NCBI RefSeq assembly: GCF_035594765.1
Contig: NC_085844.1
Location: 103,493,923-103,557,922 of the forward strand
Length of the DNA stretch: 64,000 bases
Direction: 5' to 3'
DNA from: Anolis carolinensis
Lineage: Eukaryota
The notes under the pieces were generated by a model that saw only the letters and a list, made by a program, of their open reading frames with translations, ran no database searches and was not told where the DNA came from. Positions 1 to 12,677 of the stretch are shown in pieces. Every line of letters begins with the position of its first letter. Within the stretch, counting starts at the first letter, position 1. The translations under genes and the position numbers were made by a program.

Positions 1-217
1 ACATCCGGCAAGTAATCCTTCAATATACAGTTTACATTGCATGGTCTGCACAAGAAAAAAATTGCAAATCTTATCATATGACACAATGAAAAAAGCAATG
101 CTTTTTCTACTTTTACATTTGATATTTTGACATTGCCCAGAAACTTGAACAATTACCAAAAAGTTTTTGGATTACAACTCCCAGAATCACTTAGCCAGAA
201 TTCCTGGAGCAGTTCTC

Positions 218-340
218 CCAGGTGCTGCAGACTATATGTTATAGGAAAGACCTGGCAAAACCACTTCTGAGTATTCCTTGCATCAAAAAACCTTATGAAA
301 TTTATGAAGTCACCTCAACAAGCAACTTGAAGGTACACAA
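218..340 (+). mobile_element. 5S rRNA-derived SINE, 3' part (degraded)
   Basis: CCAGGTGCTGCAGACT resembles the 5S rRNA 3' end. The body GGCAAAACCACTTCTGAGTATTCCTTG...ACTTGAAGGTAC is homologous to the copies at ~3690 and ~49575. Confidence 0.6.
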
Positions 341-743
341 AGACTTCTAATGGAAGAGAATGGGAGGAATCTACAAGAGGCTCATAGGGCTCAAGATATA
401 TTTTGGATGAAAATGTTACTGATTTTGTTCTTGCATGCCATAGAGGCTAGTGGTTACAGTGTCTTTGTTCATTCTTTCTGAATGTTTGAAAAATCTAACC
501 ATGGTATCAAACCCATTCCCCTAAATAAATTCAGTATATTCTTTAAAGTTTATACTAAATATGAGTATAAATTTATTATTTTACTTATATGTGTAGCACC
601 AACTGCCACTGCTAGTGTGCTAGGGGAGAACTCACAACACATTTTCTCACATTGTGAAATGATGAGGACTGGGTGGATGAGGGCCATCTTCAGGAACAAT
701 TGTATGTACCTTTCAGTCCATTTTTGCTCAGTTCAACAAGTGC

Positions 744-1806
744 TGACCTATAAAGAAATTTTAAATTTAACACCTAATATAAGAGAGCCCCCAAAGTTAA
801 AAGAATTGTATGAAATTCAATCAATCAACAAAAATGTATCTTGGTATCAATACTTCCAAATTAAGGAATCCCATAAAAAGGACAAATCCAAAGGTTTTGA
901 GGTAGAACAGGGTTTTTGGGATAGAATTTGCCAGGTGAACAAGAAAGTTATATCCATATTGTATAGTAAGTTATTACAATGGGAAATAGAATCTGAGGGT
1001 ATCACAAATGCAATGACTCAATGGGTAAAAAACATTGGTCGTCCGATTTACTTACATGAATGGGAATCAATTTGGAGAGAAAAAAATTATACATACTCCA
1101 CAGATATGAAAGAAAATTGGTTTAAAGTTTTGCATAGGTGGTATTTGATGCCAAAAAAAAGGTTTAATGTATAAAAATGCCAACAATAAATGTTGGAGGT
1201 GCAAAACACAAATTGGATCGTATCACCACATGTGGTGGAGCTGTAGAAAATTAGAGAAATTTTGGACAACAGTCCTAGAGGAAAATAATAAAATTTTAAA
1301 AACAAATTTTACGAAAACGCCTGCTGGGGCTATATGATCAACTAGTTATGGTAGATAAAAATACAGATAAATTATTTACCTTCTTTATTACTGCAGCAAG
1401 AATGGTGATCGCAAAACAGTGGAAAAGTGAATTTGTACCAACAAAAGAAACATGATTGGAAAAATTGATCGAAATAAAGGACATGTACAAATTAACTTTT
1501 TTGACGGGAAAGAGCAACGGAAGAGTGATGAAGACCATGAATTGGTCATTGTTTGAGGACTACCTCAAGAAAGTAATATCCAGGAACAGTTAATGTAATA
1601 TGCAATGGAAAAGGACAAAGATCGGAAGTAAACCCTTCCCTAGTGTGCTTCCCCTCCACAACCCTCAGCCCACTACACACCATGTTCCCCATCCCCCCTT
1701 CCCTTCCTATCAAACCTTACCCCTTTCAAACCCAATTGTGTCTGTGTCTATTGTCGATATTGTGCATATATGTAAACCTTCAATAAAAATATATATTTTT
1801 TAAAAA
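744..1806 (+). mobile_element. L1 LINE 3' fragment (ORF2 C-terminus plus 3'UTR), degenerate
   Basis: KENWFKVLHRWY followed by the Cys-rich CWRCKTQIGSYHHMWWSC in a shifted frame. C-rich 3'UTR, AATAAA and A-rich tail. Possible TSD AACAAGTGC/AATAAGTGC. Confidence 0.88.
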
Positions 1807-2392
1807 AATAAGTGCAAAATAGTTAAATCTACTGTTGATTTGTTGTTTTGATGGTTACAAATTATAAGGAATTACAGGTTGTTGCTTATTCCTGTGTGTG
1901 TTTAACTTTACAAAGAGAAAATACACAAGTGAATTTTTGGTGCAAATAGCACAAAGTGCGATTAAGAAAACACTGGGCGCCTCACTCTTGAAATGGAAGC
2001 AAGAATAATTGAATGCGTAAGAGACAGTTGAGATAATGCAACTATAAACAAGAGATCAGTGAAATTTTTGTCTTATGTCCAGGCCAGCTTTAATTTATAA
2101 GAAAAATTCGGCATCACAGATAAACAATAAAAAAGAAAGCTATGATACAGAAATTCACACAAGCATGCTATTATAGCGAGTGTCACTTCTCACCCTTGAG
2201 TGCAACAGAGCCAGGTAAAGTCTCACCATGATTTCAGCAGCCTTAGATTTGCCTCACTCTGAATTTGCTGAAATTGTTTGCACAAGTGACCTGGAAATAT
2301 TTGTGGGTTTAAACAGGGAATTGCCCTAAAACAGAACTATGTTTCTCCAGTGTGGCCATGCCCATTATTTTCACTCCAACCCAACAGTCTGC

Positions 2393-2631
2393 TAGAATCA
2401 TAGAGTAATAGAGTTGGAAGAGACCACATGAGCCATCCCCCTGCCATGCAGGAAAAGCACTATCAAAGCACCCCGAGAGATGGCCATCCAGCCTCTGTTT
2501 AAAACCTTCCAAGGAAGGAGCCTCCACTATACTCTGAGGCAGAAAGTTCCACTATTGAACAGTTCTTATGGTCAGGAAGTTTTTCCTAATGTTCAAGTGG
2601 AATCTCCTTTCCTGTAATTTGAACCCATTGC
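2393..2631 (-). mobile_element. CR1 LINE 3' fragment
   Basis: TAGAATCATAGAG tail. Minus-strand ORF MEAPSLEGFKQRLDGHLSG is the CR1 ORF2 C-terminus. Homologous to 10389-10640. Confidence 0.9.
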
Positions 2632-2727
2632 AGTACTAAACTTCTGATCATGCATAAGTTTGGTAAGGGAGTATTTAATGGTGAAACCAAATCTGCTAAG
2701 CACGTGAAGATAAAAATAGGCATTGCA

Positions 2728-2746
2728 GCAGCACCCTCTAGTGTTT
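2728..2746 (-). promoter_or_regulatory. CTCF-like motif
   Basis: Minus strand AAACACTAGAGGGTGCTGC resembles consensus CCACTAGAGGGCGC. Motif match only. Confidence 0.35.
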
Positions 2747-3463
2747 CATGAAGAAAGAAAACATGTGGGGGGAGGGGAGAGAGAAATCACTGAACCACAA
2801 GATATGGTGGAAAATAATCTCTATGGTTTATAAAATAATCTGAATTACACATCTACTCTTTGAAATAGTAAGTATCATACGGAAGATCAAGCTTTCATGC
2901 CACCACATACAACTTATGTGCAGAAATGGGAGCTCAGGCATACATGACATGTTGATTGTAATACATACTTTGACCCTGTCTTGAGTTCAGTAATTATAAT
3001 AATCAGTAGCAATGAAAGATCAGCTTAGAATTAAAGCCTTTCCCACTTCCCTTTTCTGTTCCTTACATAGAAAACTTCTAGGGGAAATCAGCTGACGTTG
3101 TTCTACTGAGGGTCAACCATTCTCTAAAGATCCTAGTCTGCATACTATAAATAGATACTCCTGTTTGCATGAAGAAATGCAGCGTAAGTATTTCCCACTT
3201 CTCTTGCTTGAGAAATTGGTTACTGATAGTGAGGAGCAGTGACCTTTCTCTTTGATTTCACACTGGGACTTGCATGATTGACAGTCTGTGTTCAGGGATC
3301 TGACCCAGGGAGAGATCATACAGTACGTCAAACATAGTAATTTTTAATCTCCACTCCAGCAATGGGAAATTGGGTTATAGGAGTAGATTTTTTGGTTGCT
3401 CAGTTGTTCCTGGTAGACATTTTCATTTGAAGATCTTGGATAAATTACTTTTTGATTGGCTTA

Positions 3464-3602
3464 GGGCCCTTCCACACAGCCATATAACTCAGAAAATCAA
3501 GGCAGATAATCCACAATACCTGCTTTGAACTGGGTTATCTGAGTCTACACTGCCATATAATCCAGTTCAATGTGGATTTTATACAGCTGTGTGGAAGGGG
3601 CC
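3464..3602. mobile_element. PIF/Harbinger MITE (139 bp)
   Basis: TIRs GGGCCCTTCCACACAGC / GCTGTGTGGAAGGGGCC with TTA duplicated on both sides. Confidence 0.9.
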
Positions 3603-3685
3603 TTAATACATATCCTAGCAGATCTAGTTCCTGAAGTATTATTTCACAACTCTGCTCAGTTCTGCCAAAGTGTTTGTTTCTGTTA

Positions 3686-3810
3686 TGTATCTTCAAGGTG
3701 TCTGTTGACTTCTGGTGACCCCATGCATTTCATAGAATTTTATGAGGCAAGGAATACTCAAATATGGTTTTGCTACCTTCTTCCTATGAATTATAGAGTA
3801 CAACATCTTA
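3686..3810 (-). mobile_element. 5S-derived SINE body fragment
   Basis: Reverse-complement homology to 218-340 and 49575-49800. Confidence 0.55.
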
Positions 3811-5899
3811 TCTAGAGGCTAATGGCTGTGTTTTTCAAGTTGATTTCTGTCTTTATCTAGTTTTACACAACCATTATTTCCAGAGTTCGTGTTGGATTTG
3901 AAGAGAGTGAAGACCTTAACATTTGGCAAAGAATTAACTGTTTCTAGAACATTGTATTCTTGGATAAGAAATACCTTTTATGTAGAAAAACACTGGGACA
4001 TGTGACACCAAGTAACACCAGTGTGTGGTCAACACTAAGAAAAAGTTACTAATGACAGACACACAAGCTAGGAAAGCTGCAGCAGTTGGGTTTTGGTTGA
4101 GTTTACAATTAAATGTAAAATTCTGTTCCTTCTTCTCCCCAATTGAGTTAATTGAATGCAAACTACTTTTGATCTCAGAAGGACTTTATCACATAAGGTG
4201 GGCAAAATGGCATTGCAGCTGGTTTGCAATGGGATAACCAAATTGTACTGGAGTCCTAGAGTTCTCTCTAGGCATTTTCTAGTTCCCCAGAGCAATCCTA
4301 TGAAACACCTTTGGTGGATTGCCCAGTGGTGTATCAATATATTGGCAAATTCCACTGATTAAATTGATATACTTGACTTAAGACTAACAACAGGATTTAG
4401 CTCATGTTATTGTTTAGACCTGAATATATATATTTGGAGGAGACAACAAAGTGCAGGAAAAATTATAATAGATTTGCATGAAATGCATAAACATAGGTAT
4501 TTACTTTAGTACCTCTCTACTTGGATTGCTATTTTTTTTAAAAGATTTTTCGTTTATTCTATTGAACTGAAATGCTGAATCTATTTCAGGAGTTTCCTGG
4601 CAACATGGGATGGTGAAAAACAGCAAGCATCACACCATTCCCAGAGGCAGATGATCACACAGTTCAGTTAAAATACCTTTTAGCTTTACTAAAAGAAATT
4701 TCCATTTATATGAGCTCTAAGTGTTGTGCTGTAGTGGAGGGTGCTATTTACAAGCATTTTGAAATAATAGCATCACTGAAAATAAATGCCCTTAGTAGAT
4801 CTCTGTAAAGGAAAATACCATCTATCGGCATTCCCTAAACATAATGAAACAAGCAAATCAGATGGAGTGTTTATTGCATCCACTATGAATACTTGTAAAA
4901 TAAAATGTGATGTTTTAAAATACATAGAAGGAGAGCTATAGCTAAAATTTAAAGATTTGTTACTGGACAAATTCTAATTGTGGTGGGCTGGATTATTCTA
5001 TTCAGTGCAGAAATACCCTAACCCTGAATTTGCAAGTCAGGGGTCTGGGTCTGTTGAACCTGCTAACCCTTCTAAGAGTTCTCACTGGAGAATCCTGAAA
5101 CTGCAATAATACGAATCATATGGCTGTCCAGATCTTATTAAACTACAAAAAACCTAGTGATTGTGCTGACAAAGATTAGTGGGAATTGCAGTCTAACATC
5201 AGGTGGGATACATGATCCCCACCCTTATTATAGATCAGTGTAGTAAGCCCCTTTAAACTAAGGACTTTATTGCAGAAACCCACTATTCCAGTACAGTCAC
5301 ATTATTGTTAATAATAGATACATACCATGTTGAGCACCCTCAATATCACACCTCTCTTCATTAGTGCAATTGCACTGATTCACAAATTCATGAACCTGTG
5401 ATCATACATTTTTCATATCCTTGCTTTCCCACACTGTTACACTGCTTTAATTTTTATTGTATGGCAATTGCACTATTTCAGCATGTTAAAAAAGATATAA
5501 ATACACATACATAGATACAAACATACATAACAAACAGCTTGGGCATGTGAGGGAGGGAAAAAAGAGAACCCCCATGATGTCACTTTAGTGTGTTCAAGCC
5601 AGCATAGAAGAAGAAGGGAGCCATCAAACCAAAGTAGGTGACAGGGATGTTGCAGGATTGGGACCTATTGATGGATTTTATCCATTAATACCCAGGGATG
5701 GGAAAATTATGGGGAAGAGACAGAACAGTAGCAGGATGCACATGTCATTGTGTAATTCTGCTTTGCCTGCCTCTTACAGGCAAACCAGCATTCTAAGTGA
5801 GGTTAACTTCTGAGATAATTCCTTTCAAAATATTAGTGTTCTCCACCTCTAGTGAATACTCTGAAGATCTGGAAGGGTGAAGTCTCTTTATAACTTAAA

Positions 5900-6792
5900 C
5901 TAGCTGTGCCCGGCCACGCGTTGCTGTGGCGAAGTATGGTGGTATGGGAAATAAAGTACAGTAGAGTCTGACATATCCAAGCCTCTCTTATCCAAGCTTC
6001 TGGATTATCCAAGCCATTTTTGTAGTCAATGTTTTAATATATCATGATATTTTTGTGCTAAATTTGTAAATACAGTAATTACTACATAGCATTACTGTAC
6101 ATGGAACTACTTTTTCTGTCAAATTTGTTGTATAACATGATGTTTTGGTGCTTAATTTGTATAGTGATTACCTAATTTGATGTTTAATCAGCTTTTCCTG
6201 AATCCCTTCTTATTATCCAACATATTCACTTATCCAACGTTCTGCCGGCCTGTTTATGTTGGATGAGTGAGACTCTACTGTATATTTATAATCTTATATT
6301 TTCTGCTTAGAACTGGATTATATGAGGCCCCTTCTACACAGCTGTATAAAGTGCACACTGAAGTGGATTATATGACAGTATGGAGTCAAGATAATCCAGT
6401 TCAAAGAAGATAATATAAGATTATAAATGGGTTTATATAGCTGTGTGGAAGGGCTTTGAGTTTACACTGCCATATAATCTAGTGCAAATTAGATAATCTG
6501 TATTTTATAGGCAGTGTGGAAGAGGCCTAAGTGAGGCCTAACTCTGCCTGTCCCCTGGGCTGAGTGGGAGTAGGAGACCAAGTGGGTGGAGCTTAGCCTT
6601 CTAACTGGCAGCAATTGGATAAAAACAATTATTCCTCTCCCTCTAATTAGGACTTCATTTTTCTTTTCTTTTTGTTGTATCAACCTAGAGGCATGGATGA
6701 TGGGTTGTGTTGTCAAATTTCGAGATTGGGGGGCCTTTAGTTTTGTTGTTTTGTCCATCGCCGGAATTACATCACTCTTTTATATATATAGA
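5900..6792 (-). mobile_element. Non-autonomous Helitron (composite)
   Basis: Minus strand starts TCTATATATATAAAAG and ends with hairpin GCCACAGCAACGCGTGGC then CTAG. Inserted between A and T with no TSD. Homologous to 44572-45058. Confidence 0.9.
5959..6280. mobile_element. Tc1/mariner (Tigger/pogo-like) MITE inside Helitron
   Basis: TIRs CAGTAGAGTCT...AGACTCTACTG with TA on both sides. Confidence 0.85.
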
Positions 6793-6897
6793 TATATATC
6801 TGGTAAGCCAGGTATTTTATAAACAACATTGATTCAATAGATCTATTCTAGTTGGGATTGTCCAATATATTCAGGCCCTTGTTTGCCAGTTATTACC

Positions 6898-7275
6898 CAT
6901 AGAATAATAGAATCATAGTTCAATCTCCAGCCATGCAGGAAAAGCACAATCAAAGCAACCCTGACGGATGGTCATCCAGCCTCTATTTAAAAAGCCACCA
7001 AAGAAGGAGCTTCCAACACACGAGGCAGAGAGTTCCATTGTTAAACAGCTTTTATGGACAGAAAGGTCTTCCTAATGTTCAGGTGGAATCTCCTTTCCTA
7101 TAATTTAACCCCTTGCTCTAAATCCTAGTCTCCAGAGCATCAGAGAACAAGCCTGCTCCTCTTCTTTGTGACATTCTTTCAAATATTTATATATGGCTAT
7201 TATGTCTCATCTCAACCTTCTCTTCTACAAAATAGATATACCTTACCCAGCTATTTAAGCCACTCCTCATAGGAT
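6898..7275 (-). mobile_element. CR1 LINE 3' fragment (older)
   Basis: AGAATAATAGAATCATAG tail and colinear homology with 10389-10745. Confidence 0.85.
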
Positions 7276-7726
7276 AGGGCCAAATAGACTAATGTGTGTC
7301 TTCCTTCACTTAACAAAAACCTCTTTGATCGTCATAATAGAAATTGGTTCATGAATTTGTTCTGTTTAGTTTGTATATTGTTTAGAAGATATGTGATCTA
7401 CATTATGAAGTCAGGAGACCGAGCAAGAAGTAATATGTAGCAGCTAAATGTAGAATCATAATTTATAATTACATGAACTCACCTCAATTGTTTGAGGTTG
7501 AACCAACTATTCATATAAGAATTTCATTTGAGTTACTAGAATTTCCATACAGTGGTAGAACAGTGCCTCCACATGGTTCCCAGCTACCAAACATTTTTGA
7601 ATCCTGGACCCGTGTTAGTTTCTCTTACAATTCTTCTAACACTCTGTATTGTACATTGTGGTGGTCAGTCAGTAGCAACTGGCTTCTTCCAATGGCTAAA
7701 ATTCCCATTTACTTCAGTAGAGTATT

Positions 7727-8436
7727 GTTGTTATTTTTGTGTGCCTTCAAGTCATTTCTGCCTTATGGTGATCCAAAGGTGACTCTATTTCAGGAGTTTC
7801 TTGGCAACATTTGTTCAGAAAAGGTTTGCTATTGGTGTCCTCTGAGACTCAGGGCATTTCCAGATTTTAGTTAACTGTGCATCGAAATGGGTTTAGGAAA
7901 CTTTCCTCAGTGCTTGTTGAAGTCCCCACTCCTCCCAAAACTGACAATTTTCAGGGCTGGGGAGGGGAGTCTCCACACTGCCCCAATCTCCTGACACATC
8001 ATTTCTACATGCCAGGAGGACTCCTAGCAGTAAATTGTTTTAATTTTTAAGGGCCTATTTTGGGGGTTTCAGGGAGTAGGTAGGTGCCCTCTTGGTTTTC
8101 TGGGCTCATGGAACCCGGAAAACCTGAGACGGCTGTGTGGATTGGGCCCACTCCTGGAAAGACCTGGGTCTTAATAAAAAATCTGGGTCTTATTAGGTAC
8201 CTAATTAATTTAGGAGAAAGCAGGGTTTATTGTCCTGAATTAATTTGATTTTACTGGAGATGTCATTTGAACGCCTTTGGTAAAACTGAGACAGATCTTG
8301 GGTTAAAAACCTGTCTGGATAGGTCCTTAGAGAGTGTGACATGCTCATTTTCACCCATTAGGTTTCATGGCCCAGTGGGGAATTGAACACTAGTCTCCAG
8401 AGTTATAGTCCAATGCTAAAACAACTTCACCATATA
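7727..8436 (-). mobile_element. tRNA/CORE(MIR-like) SINE split by a Harbinger-like insertion
   Basis: Tail GTGTGCCTTCAAGTCATTTC...CTGAGAC resumes as AGAGTGTGACATGCTC...GGAATTGAACAC (B-box reverse complement) after the insert. Confidence 0.6.
7852..8326. mobile_element. PIF/Harbinger-like non-autonomous element
   Basis: Imperfect TIRs GGGCATTTCCAGA / TCTGGATAGGTCC with TCA/TTA flanks. Same terminus type as 47717-48298. Confidence 0.6.
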
Positions 8437-8829
8437 TAATCTCACTGATAATAATAATTAGATTCAATTATTATTCTATTTTGCAGATTCTAGTAGCTTG
8501 TAGCCTTCAGATTTTCTTAAAAGTAATTAAAATTATCTCCTAGGTACACCTGAGAAAAATGAAGAGTTACTTTTAAAATGTAACATGAGGAATTGTTTAG
8601 ATGCATTGTTGTGATTTTATTATTGTTAACTGCCATAAAAACGATTTTGACTTATATTGTTGTTGCTTCTGCTGCTACTATTTCTTCTACAGATTGAGCA
8701 TCCTTTATCTGGAGTTCCAAAATTGCACATGTGGGTGAAAGAGAAAGTGACACCTTTGCTTTCTGATGGTACAAAAACTTTATTTCATACACAAAATTAT
8801 TAAAACATTGTTATAAAATTACTTTCAAG

Positions 8830-8830
<1 letters not shown>

Positions 8831-8873
<43 letters not shown>
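8831..8873. repeat. (TA)n microsatellite
   Basis: Direct observation. Confidence 0.97.
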
Positions 8874-8875
<2 letters not shown>

Positions 8876-9061
8876 TGCCAACCTAGCAGTTTGAAAACAT
8901 ACAAATGTGAGTAGATCAATAGGTACCGCTCCGGTGGGAAGGTAACGACACTCCATGAAGTCATGCCGGCCACATAACCTTGGAGATGTCTATGGACAAC
9001 GCCGGCTCTTCGGCTTAGAAATGGAGATGAGTACCAACCCCCAGAGTCTGTCACGACTGGA
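8874..9061 (+). mobile_element. Sauria SINE fragment (runs into gap)
   Basis: CTGCCAACCTAGCAGTTTGAAAAC...GGCTTAGAAATGGAGATGAG, homologous to 15006-15300. Confidence 0.88.
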
Positions 9062-9190
9062 NNNNNNNNNNNNNNNNNNNNNNNNNNNNNNNNNNNNNNN
9101 NNNNNNNNNNNNNNNNNNNNNNNNNNNNNNNNNNNNNNNNNNNNNNNNNNNNNNNNNNNNNNNNNNNNNNNNNNNNNNNNNNNNNNNNNN
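9062..9190. other. Assembly gap (129 N)
   Basis: Run of N. Confidence 1.
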
Positions 9191-10744
9191 GTAGACATAT
9201 GCAAAATACAAAGCACTTCTAATCCTGAGTATTTTGGATGAAGACTGCTCAACTGGGTTGTTGATTTTGTTACATCATATCTTATAACTGAAGCTTTTGG
9301 AAGTGGGGAAGGCTTATAATCAAATAAACCCAAAGCTATAAGTAATAACAATGCTTTAAAACATTAAAAAAAATATTAAATAGTTATCAATTTAAAAGGG
9401 CAATTTAAAACCATTTTATTAATGGAACCATGAGATGTCCACAACCTGGATTGAATGAGATCAAACCAAAAGCTTTAAAAAAATTAAAACAAGTTATGAA
9501 ATCAGACAAGGGCCTATAAGTTAGGAAGTAGTTGGATAGGCTCTGGTGGGCAATCTTAGCAGAAAGAAAAACCTACTATGCAGGTTCAAAATAAAAAATT
9601 CTTTTATGGAAGTCATAAGATCATTTATCAGCTCATCTAGAGTGGTAGAGCAACAGGCTATGAACTCTCCTTGAGTTCACTATGTACATGAACTTAAAAA
9701 AAAGAAAGAAATGTTTGACTTTGGTGTCAAAATAATTCCAATGTTGATGCCAATTGTGCCACCATAGGAAAGGAATTCACAACACTGTAGTGAAGGATCT
9801 TCCCTTGTTCTCCTAATATGCATATTAATAAAATACAGAGAAGGAACCCATTCATCATTCTCAATTTTCAGACAAATGTAGATAGCAATATGTTTCTCTA
9901 TAAGGAAATAGTTGTTTTTTTAAAATAAGTAGCTTCCCGAGTCCTTGTATAGTCCTAGCAAGTGAAATATGCAAAGGTGAAAAACATGACTTCAGTATCG
10001 AGGCTAATGTTTTGAACTTGACTTTGAAATGAATGTTCCTATACTAGAAACAGACAAGATGTTGGTAAAATTGAAGCTACTCTGATGTTTCTATCCTTTT
10101 GTATTTGACCAAGTTGCCACAGCAACTGCCATAATTAACAGCTCTTGGACTACTTGAGATAAAACGAATAAAAGGAGACATATATGCTTCTATGCTGCTC
10201 AAACTGTCAGTCTCCCCTTTTCTTGAATGGTGCATTTTAACATTCAAATGAATTAAACTCATGTGTGTGTATGTTGTTATGTACCTGCACACACACATGT
10301 GACATTTCTGATCTTATAAGATCCATTTGTGTCTTCTTCTTCTAATGGCATAATTGAAGTGTTCTGCAGAAATCAGTGGAGCCTTTCATAGAATCATAGA
10401 ATCGTAGAGTTTGAAGAGACCTCACGGGCCATCCAGTCCAACCCCCTGCAAGAAGCAGGAAAATCTCATTCAAAGCACCCCTGACAGATGACCATCCAGC
10501 CTCTGCTTAAAAGCCTCCAAAGAAGGAGCCTCCACCACAGTCCGGGGCAGAGAGTTCCACTGCCGACAGCTCTCACAGTTAGGAAGTTCTTCCTGATGTT
10601 CAGGTGGAATCTCCTTTCCTGTAGTTTGAAGCCATTGTTCCGCGTCCTAGTCTGCAGGGCAGCAGAAAACAAGCTTGCTCCCTCCTCCCTATGACTTCCC
10701 CTCACATATTTGTATATGGCTATAATGTCTCAGCTTTCTCTTCT

Positions 10745-10864
10745 GGATTGCCATCTGTCGGGGGTGCTTTGAATGCGATTTCCTGCTTCTTAGCAGGGGG
10801 TTGGACTGGATGGCCCATGTGGTCTCTTCCAACTCTACTATTCTATGATTCTATGATTCTATGA
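10745..10864 (+). mobile_element. Short CR1 3' end inserted in opposite orientation inside the CR1
   Basis: GCCATCTGTCGGGGGTGCTTTGAATG...(ATTCTATG)n on the plus strand. Confidence 0.9.
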
Positions 10865-10924
10865 AACCCTTGATCATTTTAGTCGCCCTCCTCTGGACAC
10901 TTTTCAGCTTGTCAACATCTCTCT

Positions 10925-11722
10925 TCAACTGTAGTACCCAGAATTGGACACAGTATTCCAGATGTGGCCTGACCAAGGCAGAATAGAGGGTAGTATAACT
11001 TCCCTGGATCTAGACGCTATACCCCTATTTATGCAGGCCAGAATCTCATTGGCTTTTTTCGCTGCCGCATCACATTGTAGGCTCATGTTTAACTTGTTGT
11101 CCACAAGGACTCCAAGATCTTTTTCACACGTACTGCTGTCGAGCCAGGCAACGTCCTGCATTTTGTATCTTTGCATTTCATTTTTTCTGCCGAAGTGAAG
11201 TATCTTGCATTTGTCCCTGTTGAACTTCATTTTGTTAGTTTCGGCCCATCTCTCTAATCTGTTAAGATCATTTTGGATTCTGCTCCTGTCTTCTGGAGTA
11301 TTAGCTATCCCTCCCAGTTTTGTGTCATCTGCAAACTTGATGATCGTGCCTTCTAACCCTTCGTCTAAGTCGTTAATAAAGATGTTGAACAGAACCGGGC
11401 CCAGGACGGAACCCTGCGGCACTCCACTCATGACTTCTTTCCAAGATGAAGAAGATGCATTCGTGAGCACCCTTTGGGTTCGTTCACTTAGCCAATTACA
11501 GATCCACCTAACCATAGTTTTGCCTAGCCCACATTTGACTAACTTGTTTGCCAGAAGGTCGTGGGGGACCTTGTCGAAGGCCTTACTGAAATCCAGGTAC
11601 GCTACATCCACGGCATTCTCTGCATCTACCCAGCTTGTAACTTTATCAAAAAAAGAGATCAGATTAGTCTGCCATGATTTGTTTTTGGTAAATCCGTGTT
11701 GACTATCAAGCAATGACCACAT
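10925..11722 (-). pseudogene. CR1 ORF2 reverse-transcriptase segment (265 aa open; no N-terminus; frameshifted near C-terminus)
   Basis: QHGF, YLDFSKAFD, GVPQGSVLGP, KFADDTKL and EKDLGV motifs. Confidence 0.93.
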
Positions 11723-12046
11723 TTGTTTCTAAGTGTTTGCAGACCACTTCCTTAATTATCTTTTCCAGAATCTTGCCTGGTATCGACGTGAGGCTAACGG
11801 TAATTGTTTGGGTCATCCTTTCACAGCAGTCAGTTTTAAATAATCTGATAGGAAACAGAAAATGGAGACTTCTCCAGCCAGAAGACTGTGCTTATGACTG
11901 TAAGGCTGCAAATGAGCATAAAAACAGGGTTTCATGAAAGATGGAACAAAGTAATTTGAAACATTTTCAAAGAGGCTTGCTTAAAAAGTGTCCTATGTGC
12001 TCTTAAGATGGAAACTGTTCTGCAGTTCGTAACTTCTTCTGCAGTT

Positions 12047-12584
12047 CATGACCGCATCTCTTTTTACAAACTGGTGCAGACTCTGAGGTCCACCAGGGAG
12101 GCCCTCCTCTCAGTCCCACCGTCTTCACAAGTACGGTTGGTGGGGATGAGGGAGAGGGTCTTCTTGGTGTTGACCCCCCTGCTCTGGAACACCCTCCCAA
12201 AGGAAATTAGGCTGGCCCCCACCCTCCAATGTTTTTGGTCCAACCTAAAAACTTGACTCTTTAACCAAGCTTTCCAATAGATATAGAGCCCAAAAGGTTC
12301 AAATTGTAGACCCATTGGTTTTCTCACTGAAAGCAGTATATATGACTGATTGGTTGTTATTCATTTTATGTCGACAATTACCGTAACATTTTATTGATGT
12401 GTATTTTAGGGTTGATTGATTTTACTGTGGTATTGCTGTGCATTGATGATGCGAATTTTATATTTCCCTATAATATTTATGTATCTGCATTTATTGCACT
12501 GTATGTATTGTTACATTATGAGTGCTTTGTAAGCCACCCCAAGTCCCTTTTGGGAGATGGTGGCAGGGTAGAAATAAAGTTTTA

Positions 12585-12632
<48 letters not shown>
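12047..12632 (+). mobile_element. L2 LINE 3' fragment with (AAT)n tail
   Basis: RERVFLVLTPLLWNTLPKEIR (L2 C-terminal RAFS..P.LWN.LP type). 3' end GTAAGCCACCCCAAGTCCC...AAATAAAG then (AAT)n. Confidence 0.88.
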
Positions 12633-12677
12633 CTTTTGATAGTTTATATACTTTAGAAATTATCCAAAAAAAGTATG

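Larger units (their letters stand above)
8690..9255. mobile_element. Tigger-like MITE interrupted by (TA)n, a SINE and a gap
   Basis: TA-CAGATTGAGCATCC start and TGCTCAACTG end. Confidence 0.5.
10389..11816 (-). mobile_element. CR1 LINE, 5'-truncated, young
   Basis: CATAGAATCATAGAATC tail, RT ORF, and possible TSD CCTTTCA (10382-10388 / 11817-11823). Confidence 0.95.

Noticed and set aside
482-1174. 230-aa ORF as a host gene
   Set aside because: The C-terminal two-thirds is L1 ORF2; the N-terminal part is chance read-through of flanking DNA.
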